In this document: positions 1 through 13,289 of the stretch, one piece after another
Numbering within the stretch: position 1 is the first letter of the stretch
Layout: each line of letters starts with the position of its first letter
Position numbers and translations under genes: made by a program
NCBI RefSeq assembly: GCF_902713615.1
Contig: NC_052156.1
Coordinates: 59,177,631-59,241,630 of the forward strand
Direction of reading: 5' to 3'
DNA from: Scyliorhinus canicula
Taxonomy: Eukaryota
Length of the DNA: 64,000 nucleotides
The notes under the pieces: generated by a model
The model's database searches: none
What the model was told of the DNA's origin: nothing
Seen by the model: the letters and a program-made list of their open reading frames with translations, nothing else

Positions 1-355
1 AGGAAACAGGCTTCCGACACACGAGATGGTCCAACACTGTTTTATTGAACCTGTTGATTGCTGTACATAATCTGCTGTGGGTTGACACTCTATTAACCTA
101 ACTGATAACCTCCTACTGGCTTGACCAGACTAGCTCTCTATCACATGGTGATGATGTTCATTGGCCTGTGCACTGCGACGATCTCCCTGGCCGTGTCCTG
201 TGAGAGAGGGAGAGCCTTAATGCCCTTTCAGCTTTATAGTGGTGGTGTCCTGTCTGGTGATTGGTTGTTCTGTGTAGTGTGTGTTCATTGGTTATCCTGT
301 GTGTCAATCACTGCCTGTCTGCATCTCATGATATACATGAGTGGATATTATGACA
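1..355 (-). repeat. 3' LTR of element 1 (partial)
   Basis: Matches 4784-5138; abuts the polypurine tract. Confidence 0.93.
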
Positions 356-469
356 TCTCCCCCTTTTAAAATAAATTTTGGAACGTGGCTGTATATGCAT
401 GTATATCTATATACAAGTGGGGAATGAATGAACATATGTACATGGGAAGGTGTCTATCGTGCAGATACA

Positions 470-3400
470 GAGCAAACTGAACAGAATTTACAAGATTTAA
501 GTCTCTAGATTCAGTCTTTGTGGTGGGTGACGAATTCTCATCGATCGCTGCAGAGGTGGAAGGTGGGGACGGCGGCACCTGGACAGGCTGCCATCTCGGT
601 GGCCTTGTGGACAGGTGGCATCGCTGCCAGATCGGTGGCCTCATGGTGCAAGATGTCCGGAGGAGGCATGATGACATGCGGAGAAGTGTGGTCGGGTAAT
701 GGGCAGGGAACTTTACGCAGCGCCCTCCTGTTGTGCCGTAAAATGGAGCCATCAGCCATTTGGACAATGAAAGACCTAGGAGCAGCCTGTCTGATGACAA
801 CAGCTGGGGCTGATCAACTTCCCTCAGGCAGCTGAACGCGAACAACATCATCTGGAGCCAGCGCAGGCAGATCCGTGGCATGAACATCATCCGTGATCTT
901 CTGCTGGTCCCTGGATCGCTGCACCTTCTGCAGCACCGTGAAGTGGTCAAGGTCTGGAACATGGATGGCTGGAACAGTCGTCCTCAGGTTGCGGTTCATG
1001 AGCAACTGCGCCGGAGACAAACCAGTCGACAGAGGGGTTGCCCTGTATGCCAATAGCGCAAGGTTGAAATGCGAGGCTGAGTCTGCAGCCTTGCACAGCA
1101 ACCGCTTGACAATATAGACCCCTTTCTCGGCCTTCCCGTTTGCGGGTAATGGGGACTGGATGTGATGTGACTAAAGTGGTAGTATCGTGCAAAGTCGGAC
1201 CACTCTTGGCTGTAGAAACATGGACCATTGTCACTCATTACTGTGAGTGGTATCCCATGCCTGGCAAACGTCTCTTTGCAGGCTTTGATGACGGACTTGG
1301 ACGTGAGGTCCGACAGTTTCACCACTTCCGGGTAGCTGGAGAAGTAGTTGACCAGGAGCACGTAATCACGCCCATTGGCGCGAAAGAGATCTATCCCCAC
1401 CTTGGACCACGGAGAGGTTGCAGCGTTTCCTTGGGCTGAGCTGGTTGAAACTTCTGGCATGTTGTGCAGTTGATGACTGTGTTGGCAATGTCCTGGCTGA
1501 TGCCAGGCCAGTAAACTGCCTGCCGAGCTCTGCGTCGACATTTCTCGACCCCCAGGTGACCCTCGGATCTGTCTGAGCACCAGGCTTTGCATGTTTTGGG
1601 GAATGACAATTCTATATAGTTTAAGAAGGAACCCCTCAACAACCATCAGCACATCCTTAACGTTGAAGAACTGGGGGCACTGCCCCTTTTGCCAGCCATG
1701 GGCGAGGTGCTTCATCACGCCCTGTAGTAGGGGATCTTTGGCAGTTTCTTCGCGTATTTGTATAACTCGTTCATCAGTGGCGGGGTAGTTGCTGGCACAC
1801 AGCTGCACCTGTGCTTCAATGTGGCGAATGAAGTCGCCCTGTTCACATGGCATGGTGACGGATCGGGATAGGGTATCCGCGACGATCAGCTCTTTACCCG
1901 GTGTGTAGACCAAAGTCATATCGGCGGAGATGAAGAAGAATCCGCTGCAGCCGAGGTGTCATATCATTTAAATCCTTCTGGATTATGTGGACTAAAGGCC
2001 TGTGGTCTGTTCCCACCGTGAACTTTGGCAGGCCGTAGACGTAGTCATGAAATTTGACTATTCCTGTCAGGAGACCCAAGCACTCTTTTTCGATCTGGGC
2101 ATACCGTTGTTCGGTCGGAGCCATGGCCCTGAAGGCGTATGCCACTGGAGCCCAGGACGAGGAGTCGTCTCGCTGGAGGAGCACCGCCCCAATGCCGTCC
2201 TGGCTTGTGTCTGTGGGTATCTTGGTATCCTTGGTTGGGTCAAAGAACGCCAGTACTGGGGCTGTGGTGAACTTCACCTTCAGCTCAAGCCACTCCGCTT
2301 GATGTGCGGGAAGCCACTGGAACTCTGTCGACTTTTTTACGAGATGCCGAGGGCTGTGGTGTGGGATGCCATGTTGGGAATGAATTTCCTGAGAAAATTC
2401 ACCATCCTGAGGAAACGGAGGACCGCCTTTCTGTCCTCTGGGGCCTTCATGGTATTGATTGCCAGCACCTTGTCAGTGTCAGGTTGCACACCCTGCTGTG
2501 AAATGTGGTCACCCAGAAACTTGATAGCGGACCTACCAAATGAGCATTTGGCCCTGTTCGAGCTGGAGGCCGTTTTCATGTATCCTCTGGAAAACTTGTT
2601 TGAGGCGAGCGATGCGATCCTCGGGTGTCGTGGACCAGATGATCACGTCGTCCACATAGACTCGGACCCCCTCGATGCTCTCCATCATTTGCTCTATTAT
2701 GCGATGAAATACTTCGGAAGCTGATACGAAATCAAAAGGCATGGGGTTGTAGCAATACCTGCCGAACGGAGTGTTAAACGTGCACAGCTACCGACTGGAC
2801 TCGTCCAGCTGTATCTGCCAGAACCCACGGGAGGCGTCCAGCTTGGTAAAGAATTTGGCATGAGCCATCTTACAGGTTAACTCTTCACGCTTCGGGATCG
2901 GGTAGTGCTCGCGCATGATGTTGCGATTCAGGTTTTTGGGATCAATGCAAATGCGGAGTTCACCAGAGGGCTTCTTGACGCAGATCATGGAGCTGACCCA
3001 GTCTGTTGGTTCCGTGACCTTTGAGATGATTCCCTGGTGTTGGAGCTCTCGTAGCTGCGTTTTCAGACTTGAGAGGAGTTGGAACCCGGCGTGGTGCATG
3101 GATTACTGGGATGGCATTCGGTTTGAGCAATATCTTGTAACGATATGGGAGCATGCCCATTCCGTCAAAGACGTTGTGCCATTGCGTGAGAATGTCGTCT
3201 ATCTCAGCCTGGAGATTTACATTGGGCGAGGCAGTCGCTGGTGTCGAGGACATGGCATGGACCCGCTGGACCAGATTAAGGAGTTTGCATGCGCGAGCAT
3301 CGAGGAGGGATGCCCCAGGCCGGACGATCTCGAATAGTAATGTTGCTTTGATTGCCTTGTGAGATACACCTAGCTGACACGATCCACTGGCAGCTATGGC

Positions 3401-3517
3401 ATTGCCATTGTAGTCAAGGAGCTGGCAGGCTGGTGGAAGAATGCTAGGTTGGTCTTGGATGCTGTCGAGGTCTGACTGTGATATGAGGTTTGCAGATGCG
3501 CCAGTGTCCAATTTAAA
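470..3517 (-). pseudogene. pol: Pol of element 1 (protease, RT, RNase H, integrase), frameshifted
   Basis: LDTGA protease; KLDASRGFWQ and YVDD RT; YAQIEKE and TDHRPL RNase H; HLG...CTTC, VGIDLF, SDNGP integrase across several ORF fragments. Confidence 0.92.
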
Positions 3518-4654
3518 TCAGATGTGAGACTGGTTAACCGTGACGACAGCACACCACTCGTCAGGATCCACAGGGAGGATTGAAAGGCGGTTTGCAGGCA
3601 CGGTGGAGGCCAGCTCGCGCGTGGTGATTATGCCCACCCGATATGGAGACTCGAGGCAGTCAGCATCGGGGTCCGTTGGGCTGTCGGGATCAGAATCCTG
3701 CATGTCTTGTTGTACGCAGCGGACACGTCTGCACTGCAGCTGGGATCGCTGGCTGTTGGTCGGTGGAGTGGACCTGCATACGGCTGCGTAATGCCCAGGC
3801 TTTCCACACTGTAGACATCGCCTTCCTTTGGCTGGACATTGCCGCTTTAAATGGGCGGAGCCACAATTTGGGCACGTCATAACGCTGACGTCAGCGCATT
3901 CCATGCGCCATCGCGCATGCGCAGTATGGTCGGCTGACTTTTGCACATGCGCATCAGGGTCTTCGGCCTCATCGTCCACCCGGCCATGGAGCGCATGCGT
4001 AGGGACCCGGGAAAAGCACGCAAAACGGCCACTCTCCTCACTGCTCAGGCCTTGCATTTTTGCGATGGCCTGCACTCTTTCTGCCTCGTGGGAGACTAGT
4101 TTTGCATTTTCTGCCACCCTGATGCGGGAGTAAAGATTCCTGGCATGCTCATGGTCAACGCACATTTCGATGGCGATGGAGAGGGTCAACTGTTTGACTT
4201 TGAGGAGCTGCTCCCGCAGGGAGTCGGACTGGACCCCGAAAATGATCTGATCCCGGATCATAGAATCAGCCATCGAGTCATAATTACGTGACTGTGCTTG
4301 GATGCGGAGATGGGTCAAGAAGGACTGAAAAGGTTCATCCTTACCCTGAAGCCTCTGTTGGAAGATGTACCGTTCAAAGCTCTCATTGACCTCAACGTCG
4401 CAGTGGTTGTCTAATTTCAGCAGAACCGTCTTGAACTTTGTCTCGTCTTCGCCATCGGCAAACGTGAGCGAGTTATAGATGTGGATGGCGTGGTCCCCCG
4501 CAGTCAACAGAAACAGCGCGATCTTTCGGGCATCCGATACTGCCTCGAGGTCGGAGGCCTCTATATACAGGAGGAACTTCTGTTTGAAGACTTTCCAGTT
4601 GGCGCCGAGGTTGCCGGAGATCTGGAGTAACGGAGGATGTTGGATCTTTTCCGT
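3518..4654 (-). pseudogene. gag: Gag of element 1 with two zinc knuckles
   Basis: ORF 3518-4507 extends in frame to ACG at 4654 (likely mutated ATG); CPNCGSAHLKRQC and CLQCGKPGHYAAVC knuckles. Confidence 0.88.
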
Positions 4655-4732
4655 GCCGCTGGATGGCTGCGTGCTAGTCTTTGCAGATTCACTCGAGGTA
4701 GGTTTGTTAGACTTAATAGCTCTCTGGTACCA

Positions 4733-5138
4733 TGATGTGTTATCTGTGTTGGTCTAACATCGACTGCAACTGGATGCAGTAAAACGAGAAACAGGCTTCC
4801 GACACACGAGATGGTCCAACACTGTTTTATTGAACCTGTTGATTGCTGTACATAATCTGCTGTGGGTTGACACTCTATTAACCTAACTGATAACCTCCTA
4901 CTGGCTTGACCAGACTAGCTCTCTATCACATGGTGATGATGTTCATTGGCCTGTGCACTGCGACGATCTCCCTGGCCGTGTCCTGTGAGAGAGGGAGTCT
5001 TAATGCCCTGTGGGCTTTATAGTGATGGTGTCCTGTCTGGTGATTGGTTGTTCTGTGTCGTGTGTGTTCATTGGTTATCCTGTGTGTCAATCACTGCCTG
5101 TCTGCATCTCATGATATACATGAGTGGATATTATGACA
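4733..5138 (-). repeat. 5' LTR of element 1 (406 bp)
   Basis: On minus strand starts TGTCATAAT, ends ACATCA, followed directly by TGGTACCAG. Confidence 0.93.
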
Positions 5139-5149
5139 ACATGGACTTC

Positions 5150-5260
5150 AGTGGTTTAAGAAGGTGGCTTACCATCACCTTCTCAAGGGGCAATTGGGGA
5201 TGGGCAATAAATTCTGGCCCAGCCAGTGATGCCCACATCCCATGGAAACATTTTTAAAAA
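5150..5260 (+). mobile_element. 3' end fragment of CR1/L2-type LINE
   Basis: caccttctcaagggg...gggcaataaa...gatgcccacatccc terminal motif recalled from shark LINE 3' ends. Confidence 0.55.
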
Positions 5261-6199
5261 GAGCGAGTTCACAGGAGAACCAATCTCACTTGAGGTTTGA
5301 CATTGCAGTGGGATATGGTATCAAATCAGTTTAAAGTATTCAGTGGTTTTTTAAACATGACCAGAGTTAATTTAAATCTATTGATGGTTTAGATATTCCC
5401 ATTCTCTGTACTGATCAGGAGAATTAAATTCAGACTCTGGGAGCAGAGGGAAGAGATCAGATGGTATGCAGAAGGTTGAAACCTCTTTGAACACCGGTTT
5501 CAGGCTCTGAACGTCCTCACGGCTTGTGTTGGGTCGCTACCATTTCCTGTTTGTCTTTTCGCAGACTATGGTAACCGTATAAATGCACAGTGAACTGTTG
5601 TTCAGCTGACATGAGCTTGTATGCTGTGAAGTTGTCAAAAGCAGCTTGACAAAACTACTGACTATTATGAATTCCTTAATCTTGAAAGAAAAGTCTTTGT
5701 GCAGAAACCCGACTGACTTTTGTTGATCCTATATCTAGTATTTGTTCAATAACAGAGAAACGGAAAGCTGGTACTTGCATGAGAGAGAACATTATTCTAC
5801 CTGATTAAAATATCATTAATTTTACCATCATTTTATAAAAGTCACCTTGAAACTCATCTTTTCCAATCGGGACCTCGGAGTTAAAATCTGAAAATATTCA
5901 ACATGAACCTGAGAAAAACATACAGGAATTCTCCAGCTTTGAAGATTCACTCTTCCAGTTGGCAGTGCACCCCCGTCCGCGGGTTTCCAACGGCATAGGA
6001 TGGCTTCCATGGAAAATTCCATTGACAAACGGTGGGAGCAGAGAATCCCGCTGCCAGTGAATGACACGCTGCCGAGAAACATGCAGCCGGAGAATCGGGG
6101 AATCCCACTCACTGCCTCCAAAATTCTTTGGCTATCACTGGATCTCTGTTCATTCCAAAAGTTTTCTGTTTGCCTTCTAAGGGAAAGGACCTCCATTTG

Positions 6200-6530
6200 T
6201 ACTTTGCAAAGGTAGCAGATTCAGGTCTTCATACTTCAGGAGTTCCTGCTTCTTGCACGATAGAGGTGATCTAATTGAGTTATTTATGATCAGAGTTGAT
6301 AAGATAGTTAGAGAGAAACTATTTCCTCTGGTGTGAGAATTCAGAACAATAAAACTACTTTGCTCAGGATGTACTTCTTCACATATAAGGGAGGGGAAAT
6401 CTGGAAATCCCTCCCTGAAAAAAGCTGTTGAAGCCAACGCTAATGAAAATTTCAAAACCATGTGGGTGTTTTTTGTCAGGCAAGGGCATTAATGAATCTG
6501 GGAACAGGAACGAGCAGCTGAATGGCCCAT
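6200..6530 (+). mobile_element. Degenerate CR1 LINE 3' fragment
   Basis: agaggtgatctaattgag, aaactatttcctctggtg and related CR1 3' motifs. Confidence 0.55.
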
Positions 6531-7453
6531 TCCTGTTTGTGAGTTCTTTAGACACAATTGGGTACCGGTTTCCACCCAATTCCTGATCCAAACTCGGCCA
6601 TTCAGAGACAACAAACACCCAGATCAAGAGTCCCGAGGATCACCAAGATTTGGCACTTTCAGTCTTATCAACATCGTCGGGATGATCTGCCAGTACCTGT
6701 TGTTCCTCCTCAAGCAGTGCAGCGGACAGGGGAAGTCAATATTGGGCTGCCTGCTTTCTTGACAGCAGCCCACAGGGTAAGTTTGCGAGTGGATTTGGAG
6801 TAGGCTATGGGGCTGGTGAGGCACCCCTACTCTTCCTGGCTCCACGTGAACCTTTTTTTCAAAAAAACATTTGATGTACCATTAGTTGGCGACTGCATGG
6901 GTCACGGCAGATTTCTGAGCTGGGCTCTCCTGCCAGCCAATGCTCATTCTAAACTCATTTCAGCACACCTTTCAACAGTGTATGTCAGGAGTTTTTGTTA
7001 ATCTTTTTCATGCTCATCTGAGCAATAATCCTTTCTGATTATAAAATTAACAGTAAAATGGCAGATATAAAATTAAATAACTATCAAGTATCACTAAACA
7101 TTTAAGCAAAACACAGGTAAAGGAAATAAGAAATGAAACTGAACTGTTGGAAATGCATGTGGCGAAGGATGAGGTCAGAAAATGCAAATATAATTTTCTC
7201 TGTTAGAGGTTGACTGATCTGTTATGCATTTCCAGCAGGTACTGAGTTCACTTGGATAAAACTAGAAACATATCCTTCCTGTGCTGTGCTGCTTTAAAGC
7301 GTATGCAAATTTGGCCAGTAAGCCTCTTTTCAGGCTTGTGCTCAGACTCAAGTATTGTCAAAATTCTCCATGTGAACATCGAAAAAGTGACAGGAGTCGG
7401 CCATTCAGCCCTTCGAGTCTGCTCTGCCATTCAATATGATTGTGGCTGGCACT

Positions 7454-7850
7454 TGTCATAATATACGCACCAGTATATCATGGTGCAGACACACACTGAT
7501 TGACACACAGCAAGACCAATCAACACACACAACACCGCAGCCAATCACCAGTTAGAGCACACCCACTATAAAGACAGAGGGCATCAGTTTTCCCGCTCAT
7601 TCGGGATGCAGCCTCTCAAAAGGTCAAAGCTCACAGCCTGCAGCACAGATCTTCCCCATGTTCTGAGTGCATAGAGCGGTTAGGATAGGCATAGGTCTTT
7701 AGTTTAATCTAACATAGTGTCGATCCACAGTGAAAGTATGTTCAACAGTTTCTAGCTTAATAAAATAGTGTTGTACTATTTCAAGTGTTGGTAGCCTGTA
7801 TGTGTTACTGCTGAGGTAAACGCAGTCTCCACGGAGTACCCAACACATCA
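7454..7850 (+). mobile_element. Solo LTR related to element 1 LTR
   Basis: TGTCATAAT...AACACATCA; perfect 5-bp TSD GCACT (7449-7453, 7851-7855); TATA and AATAAA inside. Confidence 0.9.
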
Positions 7851-8394
7851 GCACTCTAACTCAATACCACACTCTTGTGTTCTACACATACCCTGCTATG
7901 CCTTTAGAGTCTAGACATCTATCTATTTCCTTTTAAAATATATTCAGTAACTTGGTCTCCGTAGCCCTCTGTGGAGATAATTCCACTGATTCATCACCGT
8001 CTGAGTGAAGAAGCTTCTCTTCATCTCAGTCCTAAATGGTCCACCCCGTATTCAGTGACTGTGACCCTTTGTTCTAGCCCCAACCCTCAGCCAAAGGAAA
8101 CAACATCCCTCCACCCAGTCTGTCCAGCCCTGTTAGAACATTATACTTTTCAATTTGATTCTTCTAAATTCCATCCTTCTAAATTCCAGTAAATACAGGC
8201 TCAGACAACCCAATCTCTTCGTATAAGACAATCCTGTCACCCCTGGAATGAATCTGCTAAACCTCTCTTAGATAAGGAAACCAAAACTGCGCACAATATT
8301 CCAAGCATGGTCTCATTGAGGCTCCGTACAGCTGCTGTAAGATATCCTTGTTCCTGTACTAACGTTTTCTTTTAATGAATGCCAACTTCCGAAC

Positions 8395-8987
8395 TGATGC
8401 ACTATCAATTACGACAAGACGAGAGTAGAATGTAATCGAGGCCTTATTACGCAGAGATTTCATAGAATTTACAGTGCAGAAGGAGGCCATTCAGCCCATC
8501 GAGTCTGCACCAGCTCTTGGAAAGAGCACCCTACCCAACCCCATACCTCCACCCTATACCCATAACCCAGTAACCCCACCTAACACTAAGGGCAATTTGG
8601 ACCTTAAGGGCAATTTAGCCTGGCCAATCCACCTAACCTGCACATCTTTGGACTGTGGGAGGAAACCGGAGCACCCGGAGGAAACCCACGCACACACGGG
8701 GAGAACATGCAGACTCCACACAGACAGTGACCCAAGCCGGGAATCGAACCTGGGACCCTGGAGCTGTGAAGCATTTGTGCTAACCACTATGCTACCGTGC
8801 TGCCCCGAATGTGGAGCCTCCCGCAGCTGCTGCCGAAATGGCTGCAGTTCGGAGAGCCCACACATTTATACTCCGCTGACTGGGCGGAGTCAGCAGGCAG
8901 GGATCTACCCCTGTACCTGCAGTACAGGGGCCTTACTGTAATACCCTTGTATGTAGTATACACAATACAACAGTGGTGACTACCACA
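8395..8987 (-). mobile_element. Solo LTR of family A (see 53806), split by a SINE
   Basis: Reverse complement of TGTGGTAGTCACC...GATAGTGCATCA; flanks CGAAC/CTAAC (TSD with 1 mismatch). Confidence 0.88.
8458..8806 (-). mobile_element. tRNA-derived SINE (HE1/V-SINE-like)
   Basis: A/B boxes (GGTTCGATTCC), core GGTTTCCTCCGGGTGCTCCGGTTTCCTCCCAC, CR1-like tail. Confidence 0.9.
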
Positions 8988-11900
8988 CTAACTGCTTGCT
9001 GTACCTGCATGCTTGCTTTCAGTGACAGGTGTACTAGAAAACCCTTTATATATTAAACATTTCACAATCTATCATCATTTAAATAATACTCCCCCAATCT
9101 GTTTCTCCAACCGAAATGGATAACTTCACACTTATCCACATTATACTGCATCAGCAGTGTATTTTCCCATTAACCCAAACTTGTCGAAATCACCTTGAGC
9201 CTAGCAAGTAATCTACAGAACGGCTGGTGACTTGTCCAGACCAGGATTTTTAGTAATGTACATGTGGTAAGGTCACGATCATATACAGAGCAACTTATCA
9301 CAGTTTCTTTCTACCCCCCTGGAACTACCACTATGCACGATCATCCTCATGTACATCTTACAACCTTCCGAGGATAGCAGGATGTGCCCTGACTTATATC
9401 TGATGCCACCTTCTGGTGGAAAGTCACACTGCTGAGTACATGCAATGTTATCTACAGGCATATCACCACAGCTAATTGTTGGGGCTTGACGCATAAAGAC
9501 TACAAAGTGAGTTCAACTAAACTCGAGCCTGAAATATGTTTCTCTAATTTATCGTACTGAGCAACCAACATAATGGTTGCTGGGATATACATAATCCCAG
9601 ATTACCCAAGGCCATGTGACATAACCTAACTAATTTATGACTGAAAAGTAATCGCCTACACATGGGAACCATGGCTATTTACAACTGGGTTTTCTGCCAA
9701 AAAAAAACTTTTATTATACTCTAAGTGCACCAGAAGTTTATTTGTTGTGTTTTTATATGGTACACCATCCCCCTTCCCCATCTTTTAACTGAAAGCAATT
9801 GAAAAAATCTACAAAGCTAATGAAAAACATGTTTCAGGGTTTATATCTGTTGTATAATTCTTATTTGCATGTTATTTGTGAAGGACAGATTGAGAAAATA
9901 ATTTCTCCATTTATTTGATGTTGCTTGTTCATTGCTCAAAGTTAAAATATCTCCCATATAGGAGACCAATTAATGCCCCTTGCTGTTTGCTTTTAAGTAA
10001 CATTAGCATCAATCACAGGAGATTGTGTACGGGATAGCTTTGCTGTGGTTCATGGCAGCTCATTAGAAATATTTTTAATGCTTTTTATCTTCTATCAAAA
10101 AACACCCTTTCTTCCTCTGTAATGAAATTGAGCAGAATTCTCTCCAGACAGCTTCCCCTCCCTGCAATTAAAATTATTTAATCAAAATCATTTAATGAAG
10201 CCAGTTTGTTAATTTGGTCGATGCAACAGTTACAGCTGTCAATCTTAGTTTTCTTAAACAAAAACACTGGGTGGAATTTTGCGATTTATTCATTTATTTA
10301 TTTTTTGTTGGCTAAGTGTCAATTCAGGTGGGTAAAGCCGGCTGTAGCTCATCGGCGGCGATGGCGGGTTTCCCCTCCGTATCTTTAGCCACTTAGAGAA
10401 AAGATTTTTTGCACGGGTTTCAAGTTGCCTCCGTAGCAGGCAGCCTCTCATTCGCCCACCCTGCCATCAGCTGAGTGCTTTGATCAGCGGGGCACTCAAT
10501 TTAAACACCACACCAATACTCCCCAGCACTTGTTCAAGGTCCACCCAGGGAGTATCCATCCCGTCTGACTACCCTCTTCTGGTGACCCAAACAGCTCCAG
10601 CCCCATAGGCTGAGGAGGGTAGCACACCCCACAGCTGCATCCTGAAAGCAGTCAGGCATCTTCCAGGTCTCTGTCACCTAGAGCAATATTGTTCAAACGT
10701 TTTTTCCTGGGACCCACTTTTACAAACTGGCTGACCTTCAGGATCCACGTTGGCTGACCTTCGGGACTAATGCCGGTCAACCTTCGTGACACACCATTTT
10801 TGCTTACCTTTAATGTGACAAATGAGCCGGTTTGGTCCTCAGGTATACATACGCTAGCGTAGAGTTTATTATTTAACCATAAAGTGGTGTACAGTTTTAA
10901 AAATCAGTAGTCATTGTGATGGAATCTATGCTAACTGAAAACAGAAACTGAAAAAAGGAATTAGAAAAAGGGAAATTGACCCTTCCAGTTTCTAAGAAAG
11001 CAAACACTGAATCTGAGTAACCTCTGCACTGATTAAAGCAGGTTGAGGTATATAAAGGGAGACAAAGCCATCCAAGCTCAAGCAGTTGATGAGTCCAATG
11101 GTGCAGTACAGGGAGGCTGAAGAAAACAGAGTCTGGATCCAGAAGCTGTGAATACATTGTTATGGCTGTTTCTGTTATTTAAAGATGATTTGGTAGATCT
11201 ACATTATCCAGACAGAGTTGCGGAGGTTCTGCAGACATGTGCCATATGTGGTAAATGCCATGTCTAGCCTGTTAAACTCATGTTAGTTGTGCATTGTTAT
11301 CAGCTGGGGATCAGTTTGCATCCAAAACGGGAAGGGACTGAATCTCTTTATGAGGAACACAGACCTTTGAAAGACTTTGTGACTGAATTTGAGGATCTAT
11401 ATGCTGTGTGGACAGGCCAAACCAATTTGTAAGATCTGCCTTAGTACTATCTAATATTTAATGTGTAACTTACAGTTTGACTGTTATCGCATGTATAACT
11501 TATGTTGATTCTGGATGTTAGAGCACAGGAAATTATAAAAGATAATGGACTGAATTCTCTGGTTCCCACCACCGGCAGCGAGAATTGCACGCAATGGAAA
11601 AATCGCAATTTGCGCCCAGCGCTGATTCCAATGCCAAGCTCCAGTCCCTGGCTGGTGGCGTTATCGAGGTTTGCTCCCCGCACTGGTGGGTCCTTGCAAA
11701 ACTGTGATTTGCATGGATATAAATCTCATTAGCAGGTTGGATACTTCATGCTCCGCCCTTCTGCGATGCTCCATTCCTTTTCGGTGGAAGTTGCGCAGGG
11801 GCGAATTTGTGCAAGTATTCACAAGACGGGCCTGGGCGCATTATGGGAAGCGAGAAAGTAAGAAAATTCCCAGGAACTCTCAAATATTGTCGGACGTGCT

Positions 11901-13289
11901 GGGGCAGTGGCTGCCGAGGCCAGGTGGAATAGTGGGGAACAACTTGGTGTCGAGTCCATGAACTCTGGGTGTGCCCCTCAGGATCGGGGCAGCCTGGCTC
12001 AGGCCACCATTGCTGTAGTTTGTGGATTTAAATGCACCCCTTTGGTGCTACTTACAGACTCCTGGCTGCTCATACTGCTGACTGCTCACTGTGTCCTGTA
12101 AATCTTCAGAGAGCCTCTGGTCATCTGGAAACCCAACCAGGCTGACCCTCTAGAAACCCTCAAACCCCAGCTGGCCCATCAGCAGGATGGGCGTGGCCAA
12201 GCTCAATCAGTGGCACACCAGGTGCTGCCACTCCTCAGTGCACTCACCAGAAAGGCATCTCCACTGCAGGGGAAGTAGGGGAATAGCAGAGCTCACTCCA
12301 AACAAAGGACACCTGAACTGTGGCCTTTGGCACTGTCCCTAGCACACTGTCCCTCTCATAGCAGAGGTCTCATGGCAGAGGCCTCACGTGTGACACTGTC
12401 AGCTGGCCCACTCCGCAGGACAACCTGCTGTCTCCAAGCCCTGCCTCCTCACAGTGACCCTGCTCCCATCCATCCTGCTCCTGGCCAGGAAACCTGACCA
12501 GCTCTCTCTCACAACCTGTGTATTACATCCAGGACCCACATCACACTGCAGCTATGCTCCCAGCAGAAGCATGCTTCCCTTACTCCCCCCCCCCCCCCCC
12601 ACCCCGCCCTCCCACCCCACCCCACACCCGCCCCCCATCAGCAGGACCTGTCCACACACAAGCCTCTAAGTATGGAGGTGATTGGTGGCACACGTTGATC
12701 TTCTCCACTACTCAACAAGCTGCCACCCTACTGGCGGGATAACACACAGCCCACCCAGTGGGGAGACCCACAGTAGAACCCACTGGGGGAAACAGTACAG
12801 GGGCTACAGAGCCTCTTGCTGACACAGGGTATGCAGCCACCGGTACCTCTGTTGACTGGGACGGGTGGTGAGGATGAAGGATCCCCATAGCATCAGCCAG
12901 GTGCCACTCTCTGATGGGGACAGGGATGCAGTCAAGATGACCACATATCAAAGGGGCTGGGTGAGGTGTGGGTGGGTGTGGGGGGGAGATGTGTTGAAGG
13001 TCACGTTGCAGTACAACTTAGGGTCACCATGTAACCTTCTGGCTTTGGATGGTCAGGGGAATACTCATCTTGGTAACATTCTCTGACTCTTCCCCTCCGC
13101 AGAGAGTGAATTTCAGAGTACAACTAGATATGCTCGCTCTCTTTCTAGCTGCTGCTGCCATTATGAATGCATGGAGGCTGGAGGAACAGGGCCAGCTCAT
13201 GGCGGGCCCTGCACAAGAGGAGCCTGCACCAGAAGAGCAGGGTCCAGTTGGTGAGATTCAAGTGCCAGCTGAGAAAGAAGTGCAAAGGA

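Larger units (their letters stand above)
1..5138 (-). mobile_element. Ty3/Gypsy LTR retrotransposon (element 1), near full length, gag-PR-RT-RH-IN with frameshifts; 3' LTR truncated by window edge
   Basis: Direct repeats 1-355 and 4733-5138 (TG...CA, few differences); PBS-like TGGTACCAG at 4732-4724; PPT AAAAGGGGGAGA at 367-356; pol motifs in Gypsy order. Confidence 0.95.
7374..9200 (-). mobile_element. CR1 LINE 3' portion interrupted by two solo LTRs and a SINE
   Basis: aggagtcggccattcagcccttcgag tail motif; CR1 ORF2 C-terminal sequence resumes after each insertion. Confidence 0.75.

Noticed and set aside
3518-3520. In-frame TGA between gag and the protease active site as programmed read-through
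   Set aside because: It falls inside the protease N-terminal strand (SHI*FKLDTG) and is best explained by CGA>TGA decay in a copy with many other lesions
6663-6782. 114-nt open segment ending in a strong CAGG|GTAAGT donor
   Set aside because: Weak acceptor, unrecognised peptide, and the surroundings resemble decayed DNA-transposon sequence
8740-8806. SINE heads as tRNA genes
   Set aside because: A/B boxes are present, but they run into SINE core and LINE-like tails with no full cloverleaf or Pol III terminator
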